DNA of 64,000 nt from Octopus bimaculoides (taxonomy: Eukaryota): positions 77,958,504 to 78,022,503 of the forward strand of contig NC_068991.1 of the NCBI RefSeq assembly GCF_001194135.2, given 5' to 3'. Below, piece after piece: positions 53,006 through 64,000 of the stretch. Under the pieces are notes generated by a model, which saw only the letters and a list, made by a program, of their open reading frames with translations, searched no databases and was not told the DNA's origin. Each line of letters starts with the position of its first letter. The stretch's first letter is position 1. Made by a program: the position numbers and the translations under genes.

Positions 53006-53962
53006 TGATGTTTTTGGTCATGTACTCTTCTTTACTGCTTTGGTTAGGTGTGACGGATACTTTGCTGTCGGTGGTATCTTCAGTGAAGCCTGTATTAACA
53101 TATCCGGTGGGGGGCTTTGTCGACACCTGTTTGCTTTCTAATGCTCGCAACCTTTGAGATTCCCGAAGAGATTTCCTCAAGAACTCATTTTCTCGTTCGA
53201 GGCGAGCTTCCTCTTCTCTTCTCTTGTTGAGGTATTCTTGGTGCATCTGGGCACGCTGTAGTTCTTCTTGAGTCGGAAGCCGCTGTGGCAAAGTATTGGT
53301 ATTCTTATAGATAGCTTCATTTGACAAACTCTCCCTTGAGTTACTAGCAGATTGTAGGGGAGAGGATATTTTAGGTTTTGTAGGGGTCGAAGACGGTGGT
53401 GGATATCGAGGAGTGGACTTGACAGTGCCAATAAAGCTTTCAGGGCAATCAACTGCCATTTCTCGGTGGGGTCCTCGGTCTTCCATTTCATAGGGATTTT
53501 GAAAGTAATCAACATTCACATACTGAGAATTATTTAAAGAATTTAGGCTGCCAGTTTTCTGGGTATAAACAAGGCGTGCCTGTTTGTTGACGTTCTCTAT
53601 TAAGGGTATTTCACTGCTACCCCTATTACTGGGAATTCCGACTTGCTTTCTCTTTGAGTCTGAATACCCATTCATTTCTTGCTCTTCTGTAAGGGTCATC
53701 CCCAATGATTGAGATTTAGCCCCTTCAATATAAGGTTTATCTGAAAGTCTACTGTTTTCTTCGAGAGGCAAAACTCTCTTCCTTTCGTCAGGTAAATTTC
53801 CAGGTGTATCAATGTTCTCTTTTTCAGTGTTTTCCTCGTCTGATGAAAGTCTGGTCATATCATTGGAATGGTAATTGCTGTTAGGAAAGGTGTCTGCCAG
53901 CTCTGCTAAGTCCCGTTGCACAGAAATGTTATAAGCATCCTCTACAAAATTAATTTCAGGAA
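53006..53962 (-). CDS. MPP5: PALS1/MPP5/Stardust-like MAGUK, large N-terminal coding exon (957 nt, phase 1-1) with ECR1/Par-6-binding motif and ECR2
   Basis: Open frame VPEINF...EEYMTKNI. Acceptor poly-T + AG at 53964-53963; donor GTAAGT at 53005-53000. Encodes PHREMAVDCPESF...TPRYPPP (PHREMAVDCP at 53471-53442), the hallmark ECR1 of PALS1/Stardust, and EELQRAQMHQEYLNKRREEEARLERENEFLRKSLRESQRLRALE, matching Stardust ECR2. In-frame ATGs at 53858 and 53699. Confidence 0.93.
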
Positions 53963-54312
53963 CTAAAAAAAAAAAGAAAGAAAAAAAATTAATACAAAAC
54001 ATATTTCTAACAAACACAAAATGGTGGGAGGAGGAGGAGGAGGAGGAGGGTGGGTCGAAATATAGTTGATCTGATTCAACTATATTTAGCTAATGCATCC
54101 TTTTAGTGACCATCCCCATAGAAGGATGAAAAAATGAAGTTGATCAGGAAGAGATTTAAAACTCAGAATGTAAAAGCTTGTAACCAAATTTTACAAAGTA
54201 TATTACACAGCGTTAACAACAACAACAACAACAACAACAGTTGTTTCTGATTTAAGTGCAAAGTCAGCAATTTTGAAGAGTGTTAATATCAACCCCAGTA
54301 CATGACTGGTAC

Positions 54313-54482
54313 CAGGGTCATCTTAGTAGCATTATGGACCCCCAAGGAAAATCAGGGCATTGGGCACTATAGTATCTATTCATTGACAGCAAGATGTGGC
54401 ACAGAACTGGGCCCCTAGACATGTGAGGTACCCCACCTCCCGAAGCAACTTCCCAATGAGCTCATGCCTTAAGACAGCGCTG
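54313..54482. mobile_element. hAT-type MITE (170 bp) inserted in a SINE copy
   Basis: Termini cagggtcatctta / taagacagcgctg; 8-bp TSD actggtac / actggtgc (7/8). The host SINE resumes after the TSD. Confidence 0.7.
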
Positions 54483-56238
54483 ACTGGTGCTTTATTTTAT
54501 CAACTTTGGAGGATTAAATGGTAAAGTTGGCTTTGGTGGGATTTGAACTCAAAATATAAAGAACCGGAACGAATACCGAGGTATTTCCCCAAATGCTGCT
54601 CAATCATATGGTTTGGGGTTCAGTCCAAGCACACAGCATCTTGTGCTAGTGTCTTCTACTGTAGTCAGGGCCAACCAAAGTCTTAAGAGTGGATTTGGTA
54701 GATGGAAACTGAAAGAAGCTTGCTGTACATATCATAATCATTTTAATGTCCACTTTTCCATACTTGCATGGGTCAAACAGAATACATTGAGGTAGATTTA
54801 GCATAGCCCAGTGGTCACCATTGCCAGCCCCTGCTCGTTTCCAAACAACCTAATATTACCCCCCCCCCCCNNNNNNNNNNNNNNNNNCCCCCCCGAGACC
54901 CTTGAACACTAAACTGGCAAAATGGCTGGACAGGTTTTCCATGGAAGATGGAAAATGAACAGCATCACTTGTGTGCTGAAGTTGGTTTACAATTACCAGA
55001 GAATGGCCAGAGAAGGATACATGTACACACACACACACTCACACACACACACATTGCTGTGTGGTTCAGAAGTTACTTCCAGCCAGGTGGTTTCAGGTTC
55101 AGTCCCACTGTAAGACACCTTGGGCAAATGTCTTCTACTACAGCCCCAGTGTGACAAGATATAAGGGGCAGGAACTAAAAGATGCATGGAGACATAGAAA
55201 AACAGATTAGATAGACAGATGGATAGATAGATGGATGGATAGACAGACAGACAAACAGATGTGTGTGGTGAGTTTGGGTCTTAACATTTTGTGTCTGTCA
55301 TACTAGCCAAGTCATTCATTTCCAATATTCTACAAAAACATGTCTGGCCATGGAGAAATATTACTTTGTTTGGAAACAGGAACATCATCATGCTGTAGAA
55401 AATCTTTCTCAATGAATTTCATCAAATCCATGGAAGTACGAAAAAGTGGACATTAAAATGGTGGTGGTGGTGTGTGTGTGTGTGTGTGTGTGTGAGAGGG
55501 AGAGAAAGAGAGAGCACATGCATGTCTATGTACATGTTTATATTCTCTGAACATTTAAAACTGAATTTGTATCATAGGACCAGGGGCAATCTCGAGCAGA
55601 TTGGTACGAAATGGGCCAACTGGACTGATGCACACACACACACACACACACACAATTTCTGTCAACCTGATTTCACTCACAAAACTTGGAGGTGACCTGA
55701 AGCTATGGTAAAAGATGTTTTCCCAAGATGCTGCATGCTGTTGGATTGAACCCAAGACCTGATGGTCACAAAGCCAACTACTTAACCGTTCAGCCATGCT
55801 GGTTTGCCTGAGCCATAAACAAGCAAAATGAGAAAACCGACAATGACAAATATACACCAAGAATATGAACAAAAACAACAGAAACAACAACAACAACAAC
55901 AGGAATAGCAAAAACAAAAGTAAAAACTAGAATTAAAACAACAAAAACAACAATTCACATGAGCATATTTGTTGTTGCTGTTGTGAAGCAATTTTACAGG
56001 ATTGAAAAAAGAAATTTCATAAAATAATTAGAAAAAGAAATTTTAATGTCAAAAAAATAAAGAATAAAAAAAATATTAGCCAAATGTTAAGATATGCCAC
56101 CAGATCCAATCAATAACAGTAACTAACTTAATAAATAGGCCCTAATAGGCATATTTCTCCTTGAATAACCAAGGTGAAAGTACGTTAATGGAGTGATAGG
56201 GATGATGATAACATCAACAATAATGATGATAATAATAG

Positions 56239-56500
56239 AAAATAGAAAAATATCAGGATGTAAAATATGAAATTCAGAGAATTTGGAATTGCCAAAAGTT
56301 GTCATTATCCCAACTGTAATAAGAGCCTTAAGAAGAGTTGCAAGAAGTTGGAATGGTTGTTTCAAGATGTTGGATATGAAGAAGAACCACGTGATTCTAT
56401 AGAAAGCCTGTTTTTGCTTGGCTCAGCAAGGATTATAATAAGAGAAGTGCTATAGATATCTAGTCATCTGATGCTGGCAGACCAACAATGAAATGCTGAG
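56239..56500 (+). mobile_element. R4/Dong-like non-LTR retrotransposon 3' remnant
   Basis: KIEKYQDVKYEIQRIWNC, frameshift, KVVIIPTVIRAL..., LGSARIIIREVL* (stop 56453-55). Resembles the KY.DL..EI.R.W....VVPVVIGALG...LG.ARI.R.VL RLE C-terminus. Confidence 0.7.
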
Positions 56501-57366
56501 TGGATGAGATGAATAACGATGACAATAATGATGATGGTTTCTGACTTAGGCACAAAGCCAGCAATTTTTAGCAGGAGTTGGTCAATTTCATGGACCCAAG
56601 TATTTGACTGGTACTTTATTTTATCAACTGCAGAGGGGTGAAAGACAACATTGATCTCTGTAGGATTTGAACTTAGTGTATAAAGAGTTAGAATAATAAT
56701 AATAATTGCCTCAAATTTTGGTAAAAGGCTAGGAATTTTGAGGGAAGGGGGTTAATTGATTTCATCAATCCCAGCATTTGACTTGTACTTTAATTTTATC
56801 AACTCTGAAAAGCTGAAAACCTGATCCTGGCAGTATTTTGAACAAAGAATGTGAAGAGCCAGAAGAAATGCCACAAAGTACCTTGGCCCAAATATTAATG
56901 GTGCTTCCAGCTCAGTGCCTTAATAATAATAATAATAATCCTATTTGACTATAGGCACAAGGCCTTGAAAATTTTTTGCAACACTGGCATCGGCCATGGC
57001 CACAATCTCACTTTAGTTGCAGAGTCTTCTCAATCACAGAATAATTATAATAATTATTTCTAGTAAGGTTTGGGGCCTGAAAGTTTGGGAGTGGAAACTA
57101 GAGGATTGCATTGACCCAGTATTTCTGTGGTTAGATGCTTTTACTGTCACCAACACTCACCTGTTTCTAAGCAAGATAATATTATACAACTTAAACTGCT
57201 GTAATTATCACAGAGTTTAATAAAGCACCTGCCATCATTATTGATGGCTTCGTTATTCTCATCCTCGCAAGGATGAAAGACAAAGTATTGAATTCAAAAC
57301 AAAGACAGGAAATATCGCTAAGAGTTTTGCCCAGTGTGTTAACAATTCTACCAGCTCACCACCTTG

Positions 57367-57400
<34 letters not shown>

Positions 57401-57410
57401 NNNNNNNNNN

Positions 57411-57450
<40 letters not shown>

Positions 57451-58633
57451 GTAATGATTTCAAATTTTGGCACAAAGCCAGCATGTTTGAGGGAGGGGTT
57501 TTGTCAATTACATCAACCCCAGTACTCAACCGATATTTTATCAACCCAGGAAATGAAAGGCAAAGTCGACCTCAGTAGAATTTGAACACAAAATGAACAA
57601 AATGCTGCTAAGCATTTTGCCTGATGTGCTAATGGTTCTGCCAGCTCACTGCCTTAATAATAACCATAATAATAATAATAATAATAATCTATGGTTGTAC
57701 TTCTGGTGCTCTATTTCATTAATCATTACTTGACCCAGAAGCATTACTTGACCTCCGTGAGTTTTGAGCTCAGAACAAAGAAATGTGACCAAATACCACT
57801 GAGTATTTTTATCCAGAAGCTTTATCCAATATTTTAGCTCTAAATATCAAAAGACAATTCCAAAGCAGCAAACCTTTGAATATAATTTATATTTGATCAC
57901 AAAACTGTAGGATGTATTGAGTACTTTTGACTGGAAACATATTGTTTCAATCAAAATATGGCAACATGGACCAATAGGAGATGCTCTCTACATGGTAGCT
58001 TGACCTGCTAGAAATACCAGTCAATCTGCTCTCAGTTCATGCTACTAACAGTACAAGAAAGCAAGAAAACTATGCAATGATTGAGGTTGGAGTGTGTATG
58101 ATTGATCACATGTCGGTTTAATTGGAAATGACATGGATAGAAAAAAAGATATTCTCTCCCTAATCGACGTCTTTCCAGTCAATTTACGTCCTGCCATTGC
58201 AAATATAGCTTTTTTGGAAGGCAAAAAGATTGGTTGCAGGTTGGCGATTGTGAAATGATAATTATAAAAATGAAATATTTTATTTACAAAGACTAGATAA
58301 ATAGGTAGATAGATAAATAGATAATGACTGGCTGTCATATAGAATTGATCGGGAATCTGGAATATTCCAACTCTGAGCAGGAAACAACATTAAATGAAGA
58401 GTGAAAGAGAGAGAGAGAGATGGGGAAGGAGAAAGACATGGAAAGGGGGAGATGGAAAATATTCAAATTATCAGATCTTAACATATTTTTGTTATTTTTA
58501 TTGAATAAAGTAACAATATTACTTCTTCTGAATCATGAGGCTTTTAGATATCACAGCAACCTGACCACCGCCAAAAAAAGCTGCCATATAAATAAATAAA
58601 TAAATAAATGTATGTATGTATGTATGTATGTGT

Positions 58634-59012
58634 AGAGCTGCAATGGCCCAGTGGTTAGGGCAGTGGACTTGCGGTCATAGGATCATGGTTTTGATTTCCA
58701 GACTGGGTGCTGCGAGTGTTTATTGAGCGCAAACACCTAAAGCTCCACGAGGCTCCAGCAGGGGATGGTGGCGAACCCTGCTGTACTCTTCCACCACAAC
58801 TTTCTCTCACTCTTTTTTCCTGTTTCTGTTGTACCTGTATTTCAAAGGGGCCAGCCTTATCACACACTGTGTCATGCTGAATCTCCCCGAGAACTACGTT
58901 AAGGGTACACGTGTCTGTGGAGTGCTCAGCCACTTGCACGTTAATTTCACGAGCAGGCTGTTCCGTTGATCGGATCAAGTGAATCTCTTGTCATCATAAA
59001 CGATAGAGTGCC
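58634..59012 (+). mobile_element. tRNA-derived SINE, family A; reverse copy at ~4517-4880, older fragment at ~34660-34875
   Basis: tRNA-like head (tggcccagtggttaggg; B-box-like ggttttgatttcc) and a body nearly identical in reverse to 4517-4880 (e.g. aagggtacacgtgtctgtggagtgctcagccacttgcacgttaatttcacgagcaggctgttccgttgatcggatcaa). Confidence 0.85.
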
Positions 59013-59643
59013 ATAATGATATACACACACACACACACACACACACGCATACGTATGTACACACACACACATATATGTACACACAAATATATATATGTAT
59101 GTAAATGTGTGTGAGAGAGAGAGAGAGAGAAAGAGCCTGCACCAGATTTCTGTGACTGTTATGACAGGATTTTTACAGCTGGATGCCCTTCCTGACACCA
59201 ACCACTCAGCAGAGTGGACTGAGTGCTTTTTACGTGGCACAAGAACAGGCGAGGTCAGTTTTGGCCAGGTTGTTACAGCTGGATGCCTTTCCGAACAAGA
59301 ACCACTTTACAGGGTGGACTGGGTGCTTTTAAGTGGCACCTGCACTGGCAGGGTCACCAAGTACTTGAAAGAGACAAAAACTGTTAAGAGGGGAGGAAGC
59401 ATTGGAGGAGGTGATGATGAAAAGGTTATAGGGAGACAGATACAGGTGTCTTGCTGAAGAGGAAGTGCAAGGTTACCTGGCCGGAGAGAGAAAGATCAGG
59501 AATGAAGATAGAAACAGGTGTGCTACCACAAAGAAAATACACGGTTGCCCAATCTGAGGGAATTACAAGAGAAGGAGAGAGAGAGAGAGAGAGTGGGAGA
59601 CCGCAGGATGGAGATGGTGGCAAAATGCCGGGTATGCTCACAA

Positions 59644-59689
<46 letters not shown>

Positions 59690-59704
59690 ATGTGTGTGTG
59701 TGTG

Positions 59705-59771
<67 letters not shown>

Positions 59772-60214
59772 ATACATAAACGTACAATATACAGAATAAA
59801 ATCTCTCTTCATGCTACAAAAAGTTTTCATTTCAAAAGATGACAAACAGAATTATCAATCTCTTAGGTTCCAAACGAAAAGAGACGGGGGAGGAGACTTG
59901 ACATATCACTTAACTGGATTAAAGAAGATTAAGATTAAATTGGGAAATAGTTGTAGTAGTAGTAGTACAATGATAATTCACAGTGTTGCTGACGTAGAGC
60001 CAATCCTTGGTTTATTGGGAATATACAGTGTTAAAGCAATGAGGTTGTTCTAAACAGTAATTCTTTATCAGTCTTGTATTCAAAATCTTTCAATCCTTAT
60101 GGCTTTTACCAATCCCTTATCTGAAATCTGGTGATTTATTATCTTCAGAGTGTTATTAGATTATGGAATGCATTCTAATGTGATCAGGCAAAGTATCACA
60201 AGCTTACAGGAAAT

Positions 60215-60267
<53 letters not shown>

Positions 60268-60685
60268 CATGTATGCATGTATGAAAGTATGTGGGTGCCT
60301 TCTCTTTCTCTCTCTGTACGTATGCATTTTATATATCTCATCCTTTGTTTCAGTCATTAGACTGTGGCCATGCTGGGGCAACACCTAGAAGAAGTTTTAG
60401 TTGAATGACTCAACCCCAGGACTTATTACTTTTAAGCTTGGTACTTATTCTGTTGGTATCTTTTGCTGAAGTGCTAAGTTACGGGAACTTAAACACATCA
60501 ACACCGATTCTCGAATAGTAATGTAAGACAAACACAGATTAGTTTCCATCTACCATATCCACTCGCAAGGCTTTGGTTGGCCCAAGGTTATAGTAGAAGA
60601 CACTTGCCCAAGGTGCCACACAGTGGGACTGAACCTGAAACCATGTGGTTGGGAAGCAAACTTCTTACCACCCACACAGCCACCC

Positions 60686-60755
<70 letters not shown>

Positions 60756-61023
60756 TCATAATTCTATGCTTGGATAGGGTGAATGAAAAGTCAACATTAA
60801 TATGGTGATGATGATTATATATGTGTGTGTGTGTGTGTGTGTCACAGAAATGGTGAAACCTCAATGTCCACCCCTCCTGAATGAGGGGTGAGTTGTCTTG
60901 CCTGTCTATGACTATGATTTTCAGGGGTTTTAACACCTGGCACTTTGAGAGAGTCATCTCTACAGCATCAAATCACAGCTGAGCGGCAAACAAGCAATGT
61001 GTATTCGATATATATATATTATA

Positions 61024-61284
61024 CAGGGTGTCCAGAAAGTCTCTCCGCAGTAAGTATTTTATTGCAAAATAAATATTTATAAGATGGTATAAAGACTACA
61101 AAAGAATATATTAGACTTTACAAGATTTTAAAAAAACTTTATAAGAGGTGTTGAAAGTGTCATCCTTCATTTTCAATACACAGGTTGACTTCTACACATG
61201 CTTTGAAATACATCTTGGAGAGTCTGACTTTTGGGGAGTCAGGATGAAAAGAATTCACTGCGGAGAGACTTCTTGAACACCCTG
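61024..61284 (-). mobile_element. Internally deleted Tc1/mariner element (261 bp), TA target-site duplication
   Basis: 28-bp TIRs cagggtgtccagaaagtctctccgcagt / actgcggagagacttcttgaacaccctg (25/28), flanked by TA on both sides. Interior minus strand encodes VNLCIENEG*HFQHLL* (ends 61139), like the GGHFEHLL transposase C-terminus. Confidence 0.85.
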
Positions 61285-61295
61285 TATATATATAT

Positions 61296-61840
61296 ATCAT
61301 CATCATCATTGTTTAACGTCCGCTTTCCATGCTAGCATGAGTTGGACGATTTGACTGAGGACTAGCAAACCAGATGGCTACACCAAGCTCCAATCTGATC
61401 TGGCAGAGTTTCTACAGCTGGATGCCCTTCCTAATGCCAACCACTCTGAGTGTGTAGTGGGTGCTTTTACGTACCACCAGCACAAGGGCCAGTTAGGCGG
61501 TACTGGCAACGGCCACGCTTGAATGTTTTTTCACATGCCAGTGAAGCAACGCTGGTAACGGTTATGCTCAAATGGTGCTTTTTACGTGCCACTGGCATGG
61601 AAGCCAGACAGCTGCTCTGGCAATGATCCAACTCAGATGGTGCTGTTAGCGCTCCACTAGCATGGGTGCCAGTCATCGAATTTGGTTCAATTTCAATTTC
61701 ACTTGCTCCAACAGGTCTTCGCAAGCAGAGTTTAGTATCCAATAAAGGAAAGCTACACATAAGTGAGCTGGCTACACCCCTGGCAAACGCCACAGATTAT
61801 GGTCTCACTCGGCTTGCCAGGTCTTCTCATGCACAGCATA
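61296..61840 (-). mobile_element. RTE-type LINE (or derived SINE) 3' end with (GAT)n tail; relatives near 16540-16950, 19500-19830, 38113-38270, 47850-48095, 59130-59500
   Basis: Shared terminal motif ggcattaggaagggcatccagc.gtagaaac...catgctagcatggaaagcggacgttaaac(gat)n in either orientation. Confidence 0.65.
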
Positions 61841-62589
61841 TATANNNNNNNNNNNNNNNNNNNNNNNNNNNTATATATATATATATCCATGTATGTATTA
61901 ACTTTTACAAGGATTCAATGAACAAGCATGTGTGTGTGTGTGTGTGTGTGTGCGTGAAAATGAAAGGCAATAAACAATAGACTTGTTCCTCTCACCATAA
62001 ATTACCTTAAGAATACCTTGCTTAAATCCCCAACCTTTTCTTGCAGGGAAAAGTGTAACAAGGCGACCTCACAGGCACTATTGCCACAAAAAAAAAAAAA
62101 GGAGGGAGGCTAGCAGACCCTGTAAAGAAGCTGTCATTGGGAAGGGCACCCAGATATAGAAACCATGTCAAAAACTGAGACACTAAAACAAGATGTGGTC
62201 CTGTGACCTCTTGGATCCTGTTGAACCATCCAAACTACGGCAGATTGAAAGTGGCAGTAAAATGATGATGATAATGATGATGGCAACAACAATGATGATG
62301 CTGATGCTGATGGTGATGACAAATACTCCTCTGAAGCACTTTCACTCAGCCATATTATTAAACAAAACCATTAGCTTATGAAATCCTGGATGTTCACACC
62401 AGATGCAGAGTGCACTTGCACTCACATGCCATGATGGAAGACAGAAGAAAGAGTTCTTCGTTGATTCCACGAAATTTCTATCAGAGAATTAGCTTTTGAA
62501 CTGAATGAATTAACATTAATGTAATTAAGAAGCTGCAGAAACATTAACAATGAAGAATAGGGAGTAGCAATGCCAAATGCGGGGAGAAG

Positions 62590-63430
62590 GAAGAGTAAGG
62601 ATTTTGCAAGTGATGAGGGGGGTGAGCAAGGGGGGTACTGAGATGTTGAGTGATGGTGAATGTAGATATAAGATGATGTTGATTGACTGAATGATCTGAT
62701 ATTGTGTTACAATGATTGGCCCAGCATTGAGTAATGACTTACGGCATGAGGTGGCATTAATTGATGGTGTCTGAATTGATTGATGGGCAGTGAATGAGGT
62801 AACACTGACCAATGGGCAAGCAAGAATATGAGGGGACGTTGACACCATGTGAGAGTATGCTGTATTATAACGGATGGTGAAAGAGGTAGCCTTGACCAGA
62901 GGTAAATTGGGCACTGAATGACCAAGTGAGATGGTGATTAATGACTGTGAGTAAGGTGAACTTGACTGACCAACAGCCAGTGAGGAGACATGTGACTAAT
63001 GGCAAGTAAGATGATGTTGACTGACATGGAATCAAATGATAACGATTGATGGTGAGTGAGAAAACACTACTGACAAGTGAATTAACATTGACTAGCAGTG
63101 AGCAAGATGATAATGAGTGACAGTGAGGGGGGGCATTGACTGACAATCAATGAGATGACACTGACTGATGATGAGTGAGGTGACTCACTGGTAATGAATG
63201 AGATGACAATGAAATGACAGTGAGTTGGCACTGACTGACAGTCAATAAGACAACACTGATTGACAAAAAAAATGAACATTGACTGATGGTGAGTGAGGTG
63301 ACACAAACTGGCTGTGAGATAGCAATGAGAGACAGTGTGGTGACCCTGATTGAGTGTGAGTGAAGTGACCTTGACTGATGAAGAGTGAGATGACTGACAG
63401 TTAAGCAAGACGATATTGACTGATGGCAGA
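62590..63430. repeat. Degenerate ~24-25-bp minisatellite (approx. TTGACTGATGGTGAGTGAGATGACA)
   Basis: The tgactga core recurs at spacings of about 22-26 bp or multiples of that; strong strand asymmetry. Confidence 0.7.
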
Positions 63431-64000
63431 AAAGGGGAATCATTGTGGGAAGTGGATGAAGCGTAGAACTGTCAGTGGGGTTAAGGGTTTAGAAGTTGAA
63501 ATAATTCTGAATAAATATAAGAGGGACGCGGGTGGGGGTGGGGTGGTCATCTATGATTAAGGCTGCAACAAGGTATTGGACATACAGTCAGTGATCAATA
63601 ATTTTTTAACTGGACAACAAAGTTGTGTATCCATGTGATGGGATGGGGGGGGGGATGTCGCTTTAGGGCGTGGTCACACGGGGCATTTACTAAGAGACCC
63701 TCAGAGGGGTTTAGAAGCCCAGACCTGACCTGTCTATGCTGGAGCTTGCTGTCAATAAGTGAACACAATAGGGTCTTGTGCACTAAGTGGCCATGGCGTG
63801 GAGGGGCTACAATACTGTTCAGACGGCCCTAGATGGGGGTAGACACTTAGGTGCGCATGTGTCCGTTGGTTTCAGACTGCACTTGTCTACATATGGACGT
63901 GTGCATTTGTATACATGTGCAGGTGAAAAACAAAGCTTAATGCTTATGTCTGTGTGTTGCAGAAATGTTTATTTATTAAAAAAACAAATAAACGAATGCA

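Noticed and set aside
53177-53515. 112-aa alternative-frame ORF inside the large exon
   Set aside because: It starts at a non-ATG codon, shows no recognisable features, and is expected by chance in a GC-richer coding exon.
58634-58705. tRNA-like sequences at SINE heads (also near 4810-4880, 46860, 52455)
   Set aside because: They have A/B boxes but no complete cloverleaf and continue into SINE bodies, so they are not tRNA genes.
62525-63443. Five overlapping Ser/His/Leu-rich minus-strand ORFs as a possible upstream exon or separate gene
   Set aside because: All three frames are open because the repeat's composition excludes stop codons; no domain or convincing splice pair.
63558-63831. Possible hAT MITE ending in gacggccct
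   Set aside because: The left terminus is too degenerate and no matching 8-bp TSD was found.
947-63832. The great majority of ORFs in the six-frame track (IYIY, CVCV, HTHT, SLSL, poly-X, poly-P/H/V)
   Set aside because: They are translations of microsatellites, SINE bodies or N-gaps, with no domain signal or splice support.

Overview
AT-rich, repeat-dense eukaryotic DNA with N-gaps flanked by microsatellites. Its repeat families resemble those of octopus/coleoid cephalopod genomes (inference, no search run). One protein-coding gene is supported, on the minus strand: a MAGUK p55-family PALS1/MPP5/Stardust orthologue. I traced 12 GT-AG coding exons from 53962 down to the TAA at 13250-13248, and every junction is phase-consistent. 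Domain order is ECR1 (PHREMAVDCP), ECR2, L27N, L27C, PDZ, SH3, HOOK and a degenerate guanylate-kinase domain. The protein is 832 aa from the first in-exon ATG; the true 5' end is not resolved. The rest is intron or UTR sequence filled with tRNA-derived SINEs, RTE-type 3' ends, hAT, piggyBac-like and Tc1/mariner MITEs, and decayed RLE-type LINEs. Almost all other ORFs in the supplied track are microsatellite or repeat artefacts. Three observations stand out. (1) Two intronic copies of a ~353-bp Penelope-like/retrozyme-like unit carry a type I hammerhead-ribozyme motif with a palindromic stem III, one in direct-repeat and one in fold-back form. (2) An ~850-bp degenerate minisatellite is very dense in YCAY motifs on the gene's sense strand. 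(3) A 97-bp tandem array ends at the 5' splice site of a PDZ exon.
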